From a virus (Duplodnaviria > Caudoviricetes), in IMG/VR virus record IMGVR_UViG_3300021387_000661, positions 128,001 to 192,000 of that record: 64,000 nt of DNA; one strand, given 5' to 3'. A program made the position numbers and the translations under genes. Shown in pieces: positions 32,380 to 43,464 of the stretch; the stretch's first letter is position 1, and each line of letters opens with the position of its first letter. Below the pieces are notes generated by a model. That model was not told the DNA's origin and searched no databases. It worked only from the letters and a program-made list of their open reading frames with translations.

Positions 32380-35300
32380 TTATTGATTAGAATCAAGATT
32401 TTCATTACTAAAACCAGTTTTTGTTAAACCATAACCATCATAAAATGATATATTACCCCCAAAAGAAATTATATCTTCATCAACTAAAGATAAATCAGGT
32501 TGATTATAATTATAAAAATTCATAGATTCAATAATATTTTTAACTTTAGTTTCTATATCTGATTGTAATTCACCAAAAGGTGAAAAATTATTTATACTTA
32601 TAGATGGAATATAAATTTTAAATTCAATCCATAACATAATTGATTTAAGATATGGATTATTCTCATATGTTGCATGTCTTACGGTGATTTTATTATCATT
32701 ATGTTCAATATAAGAACCATATAATTCATACCTACAATCGAGATATAATTTACTTATAGAATTGGAGACAGTTTTTCCTCCATTACTTATTTCAAATATT
32801 GGATAATAATTAATATGTAATTTTTTATATGAATTCTCAATTTGTACACCACTTTCAAATGGAAGTTTATTTTCAAGGTTTGTACAAATATATGGATTTG
32901 AACCATTTAACCAAATTTCATCATTTTTTGCAACAATTGCTTTAAATAAGTTATAAACATTGTTAACATTCCAATCATTATTAGAAGGATTTACATATTC
33001 TTTTTCATAAAATCTTCCACAAGTAAAGTTAGATTTAGGTAATGCATTAGAAAATCTGGTACATGATGCCTTGGTAATCACTGTTTGCTGACCAGCATTA
33101 TTACCTACATCACCAGAATTCACATCATCTTGTTGTGCAAAAGCACAAGTTGGATTAATATAAATTAAATCTGTATTATTACCTGTATAAGATATCAAGT
33201 TATGAGATTTTAATAACCCAAGATTTGTTGACTTTTCATCATCAGTTTCTCCAAGATTGAATACATTAATTCTATACAGATTTGTAAGTTCTGTGGTCAT
33301 AATTGATGGTTTATAGAAAATACGACAGCTATAATTATTACCTGATGCCCCCAATGTCTTAGTATAGACTTGATTATTTTGGCTTGAACCGTTATAAGTA
33401 TAAATTAATATTGGACATACAAATACCCATCTCATATTTGATGTAGATGCATTATTAATAATATCAGATCGTTTTATCCATGTTGCTGGATTTAATACAT
33501 ATGCTTCACCATTATACATCATAGTTAGAGTAGGAACATAAAACATCTTATTTGGAAATGCAGAATTGTAATCAGCAGAACCATTAAGATTTTCATATTC
33601 ATTAAGAATTTCAAAATATATTGCATTGTTAATTGTAATGTCTGGAGCAGCATCTCCAGATACTTCCTCTTCAGACGTTAATGTACCATTAACAGTAATT
33701 CCAAAGGAACTATTATTAATACTTGTTCTTTTGGTTATTGTTCCAGAATATTGGCTAAAACTTCCATTTGTAAAATCTGCTTCAACCATTGTAGATTCTG
33801 CTATAAGTTTATCTGTTGTAATTTCACCACTTATTACAGCACCAGATGCATATAATACACCATTTTCATCAAGTCTAGTCACACCATTCTTTGATCTTAA
33901 TGTAATATTACCTGTAAGTGAAAGTCCATTATTATCAAGATTAAAATAATCTGACTTTATTCCAATCTCATTTGCATTCATATAAATGGATGTACCACTT
34001 GATGTTGCCTGTTGGACAAATACAGCATGTTTATCCTCCACACTTGTAATAATAGATGTACAAGCAATACCATTACTTACACTCTGGGAAATGGATGACA
34101 TTTCTTTTGTGATAGGGATGAGGTAGTCCTTCTCTGAATCAAGCATCAATCCATAATCATCAGCGCCTAAATAATCTTTTAAAACAGATTTATTGCTTCC
34201 ATACCTTTCATTGATGGAGTGTGCTCTATATCTTATGGTTTCATTTGATTTAGATGTAGGTGTACCATTGCTGTAAGATACTTTAACTTTATCAATTATA
34301 TATGTTGAAGGAAAGTTTGCAGTACCAGTTGGATTATATCCTATCTGTCTTGTTATACCATCACTAAGTGTAGTAATATTAAGCTTATTAACATAATTAT
34401 CAGTACTACTTATCCCTATTTTATTAACTGTTGTAAATGAATATGAAGTATCTATAGATTCTATTGAATTAAAGTCAAATGTTATATAAAATTGGAAATA
34501 TAGATACTTTTCTGTGGTTATTTTATCTGATGAATCATTTATATCTTTTATTGTTATTAATCGTTCTTCATAACTTGATATAGATAATCTCTTCGTACCA
34601 GATTTATCAATCCAAGAATATAATTGATATGTTTTCCATTCACCATCTATATCTTGTTTATATCTGATATACATATTTACTTTTGAATTATCTGTGGAAA
34701 ATTCTATATCAGCAGAGTAGTTTATTTTAATTTCATCTTTTAATGAATTTACATACATACAATATACACTATCATATATTTCAGATGTATTTGGATAATC
34801 TTCTGTAAAATTACCACACTGAAATTCTCTATTAGTATTATCATTAGAATCTGTAAAATTAAATTTAGAAGTATCTTTATTTAATCTTACAAATTTATCT
34901 TTAAATAATACATCAGAATTACCAATAAAAGTATGAGTCCAATTTGTTGGAGAAGTACTATTATTACAATCTCTATTTAATTTATATGAGAATTTATATG
35001 TATTAGATACATATGGTCTACTATCAAAATGTGATAAAATATAATAATAATCACCTGAATTGTGTATATTCACAGATGTAGGTAATTTTGTTATATCTTT
35101 CTGTCCATTACAATATTTCATAATATCTTCTACAGATATACCATATTCAGGTATGATATATACAGGATAATTTGGATCTCCAGGGGTGACTGATAATGTT
35201 CCATAATTTGGTTCACTCTTTTCTATGAGAAGATATCCTTCTTCATCTCTTAAATTATTGACATTTGCAACAACCCTATCCATAGAGGCAAAATTATCCT

Positions 35301-38300
35301 TAACATCTGCCTTGAATGTGTCCATTGCTGTAGAAATACTACCTTCAAGGTCTGTTGATGTAACATAATTTGATAAACTTCCATTTATTGCATCTAAAGA
35401 GGTATTAACAGAATTAAATTTAGAAGTAGTTGTATTCATATAGTCAGAGAATGTATGAATTTTCCCATCACTACTAACACTAACACCAGCAATTACAGTT
35501 GTAATTGCATTTCCTAAATTATCTGTTTGAATATATCCACTTAATAAAGAAGATGCAATACCAGAACATTGCAGCACTCCATTGCCATCAAAATATCCAC
35601 TTAAAGTATTGAGTCTGTTAAAATCAGTACTCAAATAATTTTTTACATTCGTTGCAATAGTTGATGTCTGATTAGTTATTGCACTATTAACAGCAGTTGA
35701 CATATCAGATGTATCAAAATACCTTGCTATGGTAATAGGGTCAGACCAAGACCCCCAACTACCATTAGTATCAGTTGTCCTTTCAGATCTCCATTCATAT
35801 TGATATGTGGAATCTGCACCCCCAGCAATGGTTGAACCATATACATTTGAAGTAGTATCACCATATCTAACTGTAAATACAGGATTATCTGAATGTAAAT
35901 TGTCATCGGGAGTATTAGATATATAACAATATGTAGCACCTTCATATCTTATATACTTATACTCATATCCCTTACCAGCAGGACCTCTCTTACCATCTTG
36001 ACCCTCTCGGATAACATATATAGTTTCCCTGTCAACAACAGTTTCCTTACCATTCTCATCATTATTATCAGCATCTACAGCAACAGTAACAGTTAGCTTA
36101 TCACCAATACTGAGGTTTGATGTTGAATAACTGAAACTACCACTTGTATATGGAGTTGAAGATTCATCATTCTTTGCAACAGAAAGTACAAATGGATCTG
36201 TTGATGATGCTGTGGAATATTCTGTTGTCATTGAACCAGTTTTTTCAAGAACTGTGAAAGTCAAATTTGGTGGGACACATTGATTATTTTGATTAAAGAG
36301 AACAGCACTGACAGATGGAATAATGGAATAAACAGATGGAAGTGTTATACCCATAAGTTTATAAGATGCCATAGCTGTAATGTCATCATTATTCTTTGTT
36401 TTTTCTAATGCAGTAACCACAAATCTTAAGTTTATTGGTTCTGATGATAATGTTGTAGGTTCATTAGAATCTAATCCATAAAGATTTATTTCTATATGAA
36501 TACTATCAACACCATTTTCTAAATCTGAAAAATCATAGTTTCCAGTTTCATTTTCATCATAGGAACTGGCATTTGTTTCTTCATTATTTTGAGAATAATA
36601 TACAGTAATATTACCACTATATGAATCTTCACCACTAATTTCACATTTTTTAATTTTTATAGGTGCACCACCTTTATACAATTTGAGATTTATGTGAAGT
36701 GTTTGGTCAGATAATAATACACCTGCTTCATTAACTTGAACTGTATCCATTTCATTATCCAATTCAAGATAAACAGCATCTGCACCTAAATCATATACAC
36801 CAATAACAAGAGGTGTAGTCCAAGTGTCAAGATTGTTGTCTGCATATGTTTTATAACTTATATTCCAAAGATACTTATATTCTGGAGTTAATTTAGGTAC
36901 TTCTGTAAATTCATCTATCCAATAAGTTATACCGGCAATATCACCAGCACCTGGGTTTTCTTTTATTTCAGGAGTTCCATGACCACCTTCTCCATTCATA
37001 TGTGGTGCAACATCACCACTTGTATGAATAATATAATAATCCTTAACATCCTTAATACCTTTATCCCAAACAGCAAGATAATGAGGGTCAAGTATCTTTT
37101 TCTTACCAGTGGAATATGTTATTACTTCTCTATTAAAAAGATATGGATTATCTTTATCCCATTCATCTTTATCAGTTTTCCAATAATCATTCCATCCATT
37201 TGGTAGGTTATTCTCTAACTCATTATATGATGTGGTGAATAAAAGATCATCAGGACTTATAGATGTATCTACATGGAAGTATTCATCAACCTGTTCAATT
37301 GCATTTGCATATACCTGCCAAAGTCTGGCAACACCACAATTGTCTGAATCTGCATCATATGTCTTTTTATCAACACCCATAAACTTTGTCCAAGTTTGAT
37401 TGGACTTATTAAATTTTCTCCAACACATCCAGACATATTTCTTTTCTGGTGTTGGTTCAATAGGTTCATCACTCCATCCATATCTGACATTATTTTCATC
37501 CTCACTTGTTGGAATAGCATCATCTTTCCTGTCTTCTTCGACTGATGTATTAGGTACATATGGAGGTTGATTATCAGGAGTTGCTTTAAATATATATTCC
37601 AAACCATGCCCATCCTGACCTTTAAAGAGTGACCAAATCCAACCTTTTTCAGTTGTACTATCACCACTTGCTGTATAATTTGCATTATCTAAATTGGCAC
37701 TATGATCTGTACCATCATCAAGATACATGAATGTACCTATCCATTCTGCTGAAGGAATATCAATATCATCTTCAACAAACTCACGGGAACTTGGAGTACC
37801 ATTGGCATATTTTATTACAAGAATCCATCTGCTACCTTCTGGTCCCTGTAATTCACCGACATCCTGCCAAGAATCACCATCCCAAAGAATCAAGTGTTTG
37901 TTCTGAGAAGTGTAACAATCACCTTCTTCCTGTTTGTTGTCATATATAGTTTTATCTGTATTGTTGAAATCATGCCAAGCGCCATTCTCATCATATTTCC
38001 ACATATAAAGCTTACCATCTGGATTTTCACCCCAATAATCATTATATGTTTCTCTTAATGATTTAGGATATACAATTAAAAGTCCATTTTTAGATGGTAA
38101 TTCAGATGCAAATTTTTCTTCAATATATGTTTGCTTTGCATTTGAAGCAGTAGTATAATTATATACTGTCTCATCACTATCAAAATAAACTTCATATATG
38201 ATTTTACCCTTTACATTAATGGATGTTCCTGGGTCACCCTTTTCACCTTGTTCACCCTTTATCCTCTTTATTACCCAGTTAGACCATTCACCATTCTTTA

Positions 38301-41300
38301 ACTGACAGGTTGCCATCAATACTGCTTTACCAGTATCATCACCAAAGGAAAGGTTCTTTCTAATCAATTCACTACTTAATTTATCAATTCTGATTCTCCA
38401 TTCTCTTTCTGCTTCATCAACATTATAAAATACATCTTTTAATACTGTTCCAAAATTAAAGTAAGTAGATTCTCTGTTCTCTCCATCTATGAAAACATCA
38501 TCTGTATATTTGCCTGATAATACATCATTGATTTGTTCAATTTCAGAACGGGATAAGTCTGTAGAACTCCATTCCACATTAAATGTAGAACTATCCACCA
38601 TTCTTTGTGGTACAGACCAAGATGTAGATGGACCATTTGTTCCTTCATCAAATTGAGCAGAAGACATCCATACAACTTCTGTTTCATCAGGAACTTGTGG
38701 TGTATCTGTCCAACTAATTCCACTTTCATCTACAGCACAATTAATTATTCCTTCATTAGTGCGCTTTAAATCATTTGGTATTGGATTTAAATATGTACCA
38801 CCTTCAGGAGTCAAATTACTTATATCTTCATCTATATGAAGAGTTATGAATGCAAATGATGTGAATTTAGAAAGACTATATTTAGACCACAATTTAGGAT
38901 ATGAGAATGGTCCCCATACCCCGGCAGACATCTTTCTTATAGAGACATATTGATATCTCAATCCAGGACCAATTGAATTTGGATTGTCAGACCAGGCACC
39001 TAATTCTGTACGCCCTGATTCTATTGCTTTATTAAATGACCACTTGTTTTTTAATTCACCCCAAGCAGTATCAAATTCTTCATCAGTATTATAATTATAT
39101 TGATTTTTTTCAGTTAATATGTTTTTAACTTTAGTTTTATTATCATCACTAAACCAATTTTCATAAGGAACAAAGTCACCAATAGAATACATTGCCTTTT
39201 CAATGTTTGAACTAATTTGTGTAGCAGTTGTCCAAACACTTGAATCTGGTGTCCATTCTTCTGGTCTTACAGTGAAGATATATTCTATACCATCACCATC
39301 TGTTCCATCTTCTCCCCAATGTGCCCAAATGACTGGTTTTGGTGCAAATGTCCAATTGGTTGTAGATGCACCAGCAGCCTTGCTTCTTGACCATACCCAT
39401 TCCTTTCTTTTACCATCTTCATCTGCAATGGCCTGGGCATTATCATACCAAATTATTGATTCTTCAGTTTCATCTGATGGGTTAAGTTTATATTTATATT
39501 CATATCCATTTACTCCAGCAGACTCAATATTGTTAAAGAAACTGTTTACAGTTTCATAATCACTCAAATTATTATATTTAGGATATTTTGGTTCATCATC
39601 ACTCAATGCATATATGAAGTGAATAGTCTCTCCATCAGCACCAGGTTGTCCCTTGTAACCTGTAATCCTAAAAGGTTCTGACCAAGAAATACAATCACCA
39701 GTTTCACTGAATGTACCTGTACACATCCATGCAATTGTTCCATCCACATCTTCATTGGTATCTCCCCAATAACCTATATGATTTGTCCAATCATCTGTAT
39801 TTGAACTTGATTCTGATGTATTATTCTTTTTAGGTAATTGACCATCTGGTAATGCATTAGATTTAAATGGTTTACTAAAGTCTGAAGCATTTAATCCCAA
39901 TGTTGGTACACCAGTCACATTCCAAAATCCTTCATATCTACCATAACTTGAATAATTATTTGGTTTTACAGGAATGGCGGCTTCACCCTCCATATTACAA
40001 TAGACAATAAAATCTCTTGTTCTTATGTTGAACTTACCCCAGAGTTTAGGTTCACTGAATGGTTCCCAAACCCTCTTACCATTGTCACCTGGTTTACTTT
40101 TACGGATAGACACCCATTCAAATGGTCTATACTTATCAACACCTGATGGGTTGTCTGCCCATTTTTTATCTTCAAAAAAGTTTATAAACCTATTCCAAAG
40201 GTCATTCCAATCAGTATCACTAATGGTTTCTGATTGTGTAAATTTAGTATGAACTTCATCCTTTATAGTATCAGTAAACCAATCTTTATTAGGATAGAAA
40301 TCCTCAAATTGATATACAATTTGATATAGACTATTCAATTGAGTATCATCAAATGTGATATTTGGATTGTCACTATTTACAAGAGGATTATGAGATGTTG
40401 CAAAGAAAATATACTCGACACCATCACCATCTGTACCATCCTCACCCCAACGGGACCAGATAGAAGGATCGCCATATTCCCACTCATCTTCTTCACTTTT
40501 TCTATGCCTTGACCATATCCATTCTATTTTGTTTTCTTCACTGATACCCTGTGGGTTGTCATACCATGTTATTGAATAAGACTCATGCTTATAATGTCCT
40601 TCAGCATCTGCCTGATCAAATATATCTTTTCTGTCTTCTTTGGTAGTATCATCATCATTAACTATCCAAGGACAATCCTCATTATCTAAAACATATTTAT
40701 TAACCAATGCATAGATATATTGTGTGTGTTCACCATCTTCACCTGGTTTGCCCTGGTCACCTGTGATTCTCATAGGTTTTGACCAGGAGATGTTTGAACC
40801 AAAGTCATCACCATCTTCCTTAAATCTACCAGTTGATACCCATTTGATCATCATTTCAACACCATCTGGATAATCTGAAGGTTTTACATCATTGTTGTCA
40901 TCTTCCCACATACCAATATGCTTATCCAGATCACACCAATCAGAACTAGAAGCCCTATATGTAAATTCATTTGGATTATCTTTGTTGACAAGTTTATTAT
41001 TAATAATGCCCCACCTTCCTTCTCCATCCGGGATTCTGTCTGGTTCCACACCTTCTGGTAAGTTACAATAAACTGTAAATGTCATTGCTGTGACATTATA
41101 ACTTGCCCAGAGTTTTGGTTCACTGAATTCTCCCCATACTTTTTCTTTTGTTCCTTCAGGAGTTGATGATTTACGGATAGACACCCACTCAAATGGTTCT
41201 GATGCTTTTGTTCCCATTGGATTGTCTGTCCAACCTTTATCAAAACCAAATTTAGTCACCCATTTGGAATTAAATTCCTCTTCATTAAATGCTTCACCAA

Positions 41301-42981
41301 GTTTATCTTGAAGAATTTGTTTAACCCTCTCCCTTTGGCCTTCTTTGTTAAACCAACCCTCACCAGGATAAAAATCATCTATGTTATAATAAATAACTTT
41401 TTCAATAGAAGTAGGATTACTTATGCCTATTCGTGGATCGAGTGATTTCTGTCTTTCTTCATCATAAAAAGCAGCATTTATGTCTTTTGATTTTGATGTG
41501 TGGAATATATACTCTACACCATCACCATCTGTACCATCCTCACCCCAGCGGGCCCAGAGTGCAGGTTCTGAATATATCCAAGTTTCTGAATCTGATTTAA
41601 TTCTTGATGCAAAATATTCTTCTTTATTGGTTTCTGATATGGATTGTGCATTATCATGCCACACTGTTCCATTATAGGTATCTGATTTGTTTGTTTCAAC
41701 TGTATCAAATAACTTCTTTTTATCATTTATAGATTCCGGATATTTAGGGTCACTTGTTAATGCATAGATAAACTGTATCTTTGTACCATCTTCACCATTC
41801 CTACCATTTTCACCAGTGATCCTGACAGGGTCTGACCAAGATATATTCTTACCATCATATCCAAACACACCTGAACTCATCCAGGTGACTGTGCCATCTG
41901 TATCAATATTTGTATCAGACCATCCTGGAGTAAGTTCATAACCAGTGCGGTTGGTTATCAACTTATCTTCATCAACATTCCACCAACCCTTTTCTGGTTT
42001 TTGTGGTTTTGTTCCATCATTGTTATAATAAACAATAAATGTTCTGGTTGCATATCCATAACTACTCCAAAGGGAAGGTTTTGAATAAGGTCCCCAATTC
42101 TTTTTTCCACTTGTTTTGTCTATACTGGATTTACGGATGGATACATATTCATATTTGTATATTGGTGTTGTTCCCAATGGTTCATCCGTCCATTCATAAT
42201 TTAAAAATCCAAATTTGGTGTTCCATAAATTTGGAAAATTATTTACATTAAGTCCTGCAGATTGATATGCTTTAAGTGCAGATGATTCATTATCTTCATT
42301 AAACCAACCTTCACCAGGATAAAAATCATCTATGTTACATATTGCTTTTTGTGCTGTATTTAAATTTGTTGTTATACTTTTATGTAAATTATTAATTTCT
42401 GAATCTGTTAATTCAGCTTTTTTCCTGATGAATATATATTCCACGCCATTGCCATCCATACCAGTCTCTCCCCAATGCGCCCACAATACAGGATACTGTG
42501 CATAATACCAAGTTGTATCATCAGCACTCTTTTTATATCTTGCCAACACATATTCATTTTTATGAACCTGGTCTACACCCTGTGGAAAACTGTACCAATC
42601 AATATTGTTATTATATGAAGAATGACCAGCTTCACTTGAAATAACCTCATCAAATAATAATTCTTTATTAACATCATTGGTTGGATAATGATAATTTGGA
42701 TTCATTACATCAGCCCTGGCGTAAATATATTCACTATTTACACCATTTGTACCGTCTTTACCATTTTTTCCATCCAGACCAGAAGGACCACCACCATGCT
42801 TGGCAATATTTTCAAAATTGGAGTTGATGGTGTCTATCATTTCACCGACTGTACTATCTTCATTAATTCTAGTCAAATTAAGATTATCTTCAATCGATTC
42901 ATCATCAACAGGTTTACCATTCCAATCTATATCACCATTATATTCAAGTCTGACAACCTTGACGCGATTACTATCTGCCAT
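32380..42981 (-). CDS. 3533-aa giant tail fibre / host-specificity protein with internal repeats
   Basis: Four large repeats (W.xWGEDGTDGDG[VI]EYIF, P.RITG..G..GEDG, WTD.P.G...EWVSIRK), short Gly-X-Y runs, C-terminal beta-rich domains; late promoter at 43009-16. Confidence 0.75.
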   Translation of the reverse strand: MADSNRVKVVRLEYNGDIDWNGKPVDDESIEDNLNLTRINEDSTVGEMIDTINSNFENIAKHGGGPSGLDGKNGKDGTNGVNSEYIYARADVMNPNYHYPTNDVNKELLFDEVISSEAGHSSYNNNIDWYSFPQGVDQVHKNEYVLARYKKSADDTTWYYAQYPVLWAHWGETGMDGNGVEYIFIRKKAELTDSEINNLHKSITTNLNTAQKAICNIDDFYPGEGWFNEDNESSALKAYQSAGLNVNNFPNLWNTKFGFLNYEWTDEPLGTTPIYKYEYVSIRKSSIDKTSGKKNWGPYSKPSLWSSYGYATRTFIVYYNNDGTKPQKPEKGWWNVDEDKLITNRTGYELTPGWSDTNIDTDGTVTWMSSGVFGYDGKNISWSDPVRITGENGRNGEDGTKIQFIYALTSDPKYPESINDKKKLFDTVETNKSDTYNGTVWHDNAQSISETNKEEYFASRIKSDSETWIYSEPALWARWGEDGTDGDGVEYIFHTSKSKDINAAFYDEERQKSLDPRIGISNPTSIEKVIYYNIDDFYPGEGWFNKEGQRERVKQILQDKLGEAFNEEEFNSKWVTKFGFDKGWTDNPMGTKASEPFEWVSIRKSSTPEGTKEKVWGEFSEPKLWASYNVTAMTFTVYCNLPEGVEPDRIPDGEGRWGIINNKLVNKDNPNEFTYRASSSDWCDLDKHIGMWEDDNNDVKPSDYPDGVEMMIKWVSTGRFKEDGDDFGSNISWSKPMRITGDQGKPGEDGEHTQYIYALVNKYVLDNEDCPWIVNDDDTTKEDRKDIFDQADAEGHYKHESYSITWYDNPQGISEENKIEWIWSRHRKSEEDEWEYGDPSIWSRWGEDGTDGDGVEYIFFATSHNPLVNSDNPNITFDDTQLNSLYQIVYQFEDFYPNKDWFTDTIKDEVHTKFTQSETISDTDWNDLWNRFINFFEDKKWADNPSGVDKYRPFEWVSIRKSKPGDNGKRVWEPFSEPKLWGKFNIRTRDFIVYCNMEGEAAIPVKPNNYSSYGRYEGFWNVTGVPTLGLNASDFSKPFKSNALPDGQLPKKNNTSESSSNTDDWTNHIGYWGDTNEDVDGTIAWMCTGTFSETGDCISWSEPFRITGYKGQPGADGETIHFIYALSDDEPKYPKYNNLSDYETVNSFFNNIESAGVNGYEYKYKLNPSDETEESIIWYDNAQAIADEDGKRKEWVWSRSKAAGASTTNWTFAPKPVIWAHWGEDGTDGDGIEYIFTVRPEEWTPDSSVWTTATQISSNIEKAMYSIGDFVPYENWFSDDNKTKVKNILTEKNQYNYNTDEEFDTAWGELKNKWSFNKAIESGRTELGAWSDNPNSIGPGLRYQYVSIRKMSAGVWGPFSYPKLWSKYSLSKFTSFAFITLHIDEDISNLTPEGGTYLNPIPNDLKRTNEGIINCAVDESGISWTDTPQVPDETEVVWMSSAQFDEGTNGPSTSWSVPQRMVDSSTFNVEWSSTDLSRSEIEQINDVLSGKYTDDVFIDGENRESTYFNFGTVLKDVFYNVDEAEREWRIRIDKLSSELIRKNLSFGDDTGKAVLMATCQLKNGEWSNWVIKRIKGEQGEKGDPGTSINVKGKIIYEVYFDSDETVYNYTTASNAKQTYIEEKFASELPSKNGLLIVYPKSLRETYNDYWGENPDGKLYMWKYDENGAWHDFNNTDKTIYDNKQEEGDCYTSQNKHLILWDGDSWQDVGELQGPEGSRWILVIKYANGTPSSREFVEDDIDIPSAEWIGTFMYLDDGTDHSANLDNANYTASGDSTTEKGWIWSLFKGQDGHGLEYIFKATPDNQPPYVPNTSVEEDRKDDAIPTSEDENNVRYGWSDEPIEPTPEKKYVWMCWRKFNKSNQTWTKFMGVDKKTYDADSDNCGVARLWQVYANAIEQVDEYFHVDTSISPDDLLFTTSYNELENNLPNGWNDYWKTDKDEWDKDNPYLFNREVITYSTGKKKILDPHYLAVWDKGIKDVKDYYIIHTSGDVAPHMNGEGGHGTPEIKENPGAGDIAGITYWIDEFTEVPKLTPEYKYLWNISYKTYADNNLDTWTTPLVIGVYDLGADAVYLELDNEMDTVQVNEAGVLLSDQTLHINLKLYKGGAPIKIKKCEISGEDSYSGNITVYYSQNNEETNASSYDENETGNYDFSDLENGVDSIHIEINLYGLDSNEPTTLSSEPINLRFVVTALEKTKNNDDITAMASYKLMGITLPSVYSIIPSVSAVLFNQNNQCVPPNLTFTVLEKTGSMTTEYSTASSTDPFVLSVAKNDESSTPYTSGSFSYSTSNLSIGDKLTVTVAVDADNNDENGKETVVDRETIYVIREGQDGKRGPAGKGYEYKYIRYEGATYCYISNTPDDNLHSDNPVFTVRYGDTTSNVYGSTIAGGADSTYQYEWRSERTTDTNGSWGSWSDPITIARYFDTSDMSTAVNSAITNQTSTIATNVKNYLSTDFNRLNTLSGYFDGNGVLQCSGIASSLLSGYIQTDNLGNAITTVIAGVSVSSDGKIHTFSDYMNTTTSKFNSVNTSLDAINGSLSNYVTSTDLEGSISTAMDTFKADVKDNFASMDRVVANVNNLRDEEGYLLIEKSEPNYGTLSVTPGDPNYPVYIIPEYGISVEDIMKYCNGQKDITKLPTSVNIHNSGDYYYILSHFDSRPYVSNTYKFSYKLNRDCNNSTSPTNWTHTFIGNSDVLFKDKFVRLNKDTSKFNFTDSNDNTNREFQCGNFTEDYPNTSEIYDSVYCMYVNSLKDEIKINYSADIEFSTDNSKVNMYIRYKQDIDGEWKTYQLYSWIDKSGTKRLSISSYEERLITIKDINDSSDKITTEKYLYFQFYITFDFNSIESIDTSYSFTTVNKIGISSTDNYVNKLNITTLSDGITRQIGYNPTGTANFPSTYIIDKVKVSYSNGTPTSKSNETIRYRAHSINERYGSNKSVLKDYLGADDYGLMLDSEKDYLIPITKEMSSISQSVSNGIACTSIITSVEDKHAVFVQQATSSGTSIYMNANEIGIKSDYFNLDNNGLSLTGNITLRSKNGVTRLDENGVLYASGAVISGEITTDKLIAESTMVEADFTNGSFSQYSGTITKRTSINNSSFGITVNGTLTSEEEVSGDAAPDITINNAIYFEILNEYENLNGSADYNSAFPNKMFYVPTLTMMYNGEAYVLNPATWIKRSDIINNASTSNMRWVFVCPILIYTYNGSSQNNQVYTKTLGASGNNYSCRIFYKPSIMTTELTNLYRINVFNLGETDDEKSTNLGLLKSHNLISYTGNNTDLIYINPTCAFAQQDDVNSGDVGNNAGQQTVITKASCTRFSNALPKSNFTCGRFYEKEYVNPSNNDWNVNNVYNLFKAIVAKNDEIWLNGSNPYICTNLENKLPFESGVQIENSYKKLHINYYPIFEISNGGKTVSNSISKLYLDCRYELYGSYIEHNDNKITVRHATYENNPYLKSIMLWIEFKIYIPSISINNFSPFGELQSDIETKVKNIIESMNFYNYNQPDLSLVDEDIISFGGNISFYDGYGLTKTGFSNENLDSNQ

Positions 42982-43008
42982 ACTGTTACTATTATTATTT
43001 TATTACAA

Positions 43009-43031
43009 TATTTATGAACTTTCCATAAATA
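43009..43031. promoter_or_regulatory. back-to-back divergent late promoters
   Basis: TATTTATG (43009-16) and CATAAATA (43024-31). Confidence 0.7.
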
Positions 43032-43035
43032 GATT

Positions 43036-43305
43036 ATGGAAAATGTGTTAAAACTCCCAGTTAATGAATACTGGTACAACTTGATTAAAAACGGTGAACT
43101 GACTCACGACTACCGTGAGATAAAACCATATTGGATAAAAAGATTGGAAGGTAAGACCTATGATGTGGTTGAATTTTATCACAGGTTCAAGAAGGAGATA
43201 CCTCCAATGAGGTTCAAATTTGAGTGGATAAAGAAAGGAAGATTGGTGAACTACAACATGGATGCATATATAATAAAGTTTGGAGAAAGAATAGATGAAG
43301 AATAA
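43036..43305 (+). CDS. ASCH-domain protein
   Basis: LKLPV..YWYNLIKNGE...YREIKPYWIKRL. Confidence 0.65.
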   Translation: MENVLKLPVNEYWYNLIKNGELTHDYREIKPYWIKRLEGKTYDVVEFYHRFKKEIPPMRFKFEWIKKGRLVNYNMDAYIIKFGERIDEE

Positions 43306-43464
43306 AGATGAAAAAGATAAAGAACTATTGGATAAGTTGATGAAAGAATATGAACAGGAACAAATGAGACTTCATCCAGAGATATATGATACAACAGATG
43401 ATAAAGAGATTATCACGAACAGATAATCTCTTTTGTTATATTTAGTATAATAATAAAATATAAT

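Noticed and set aside
32380-42981. Diversity-generating retroelement acting on the tail fibre
   Set aside because: No reverse transcriptase in the window and no template/variable repeat pair differing only at adenines was seen
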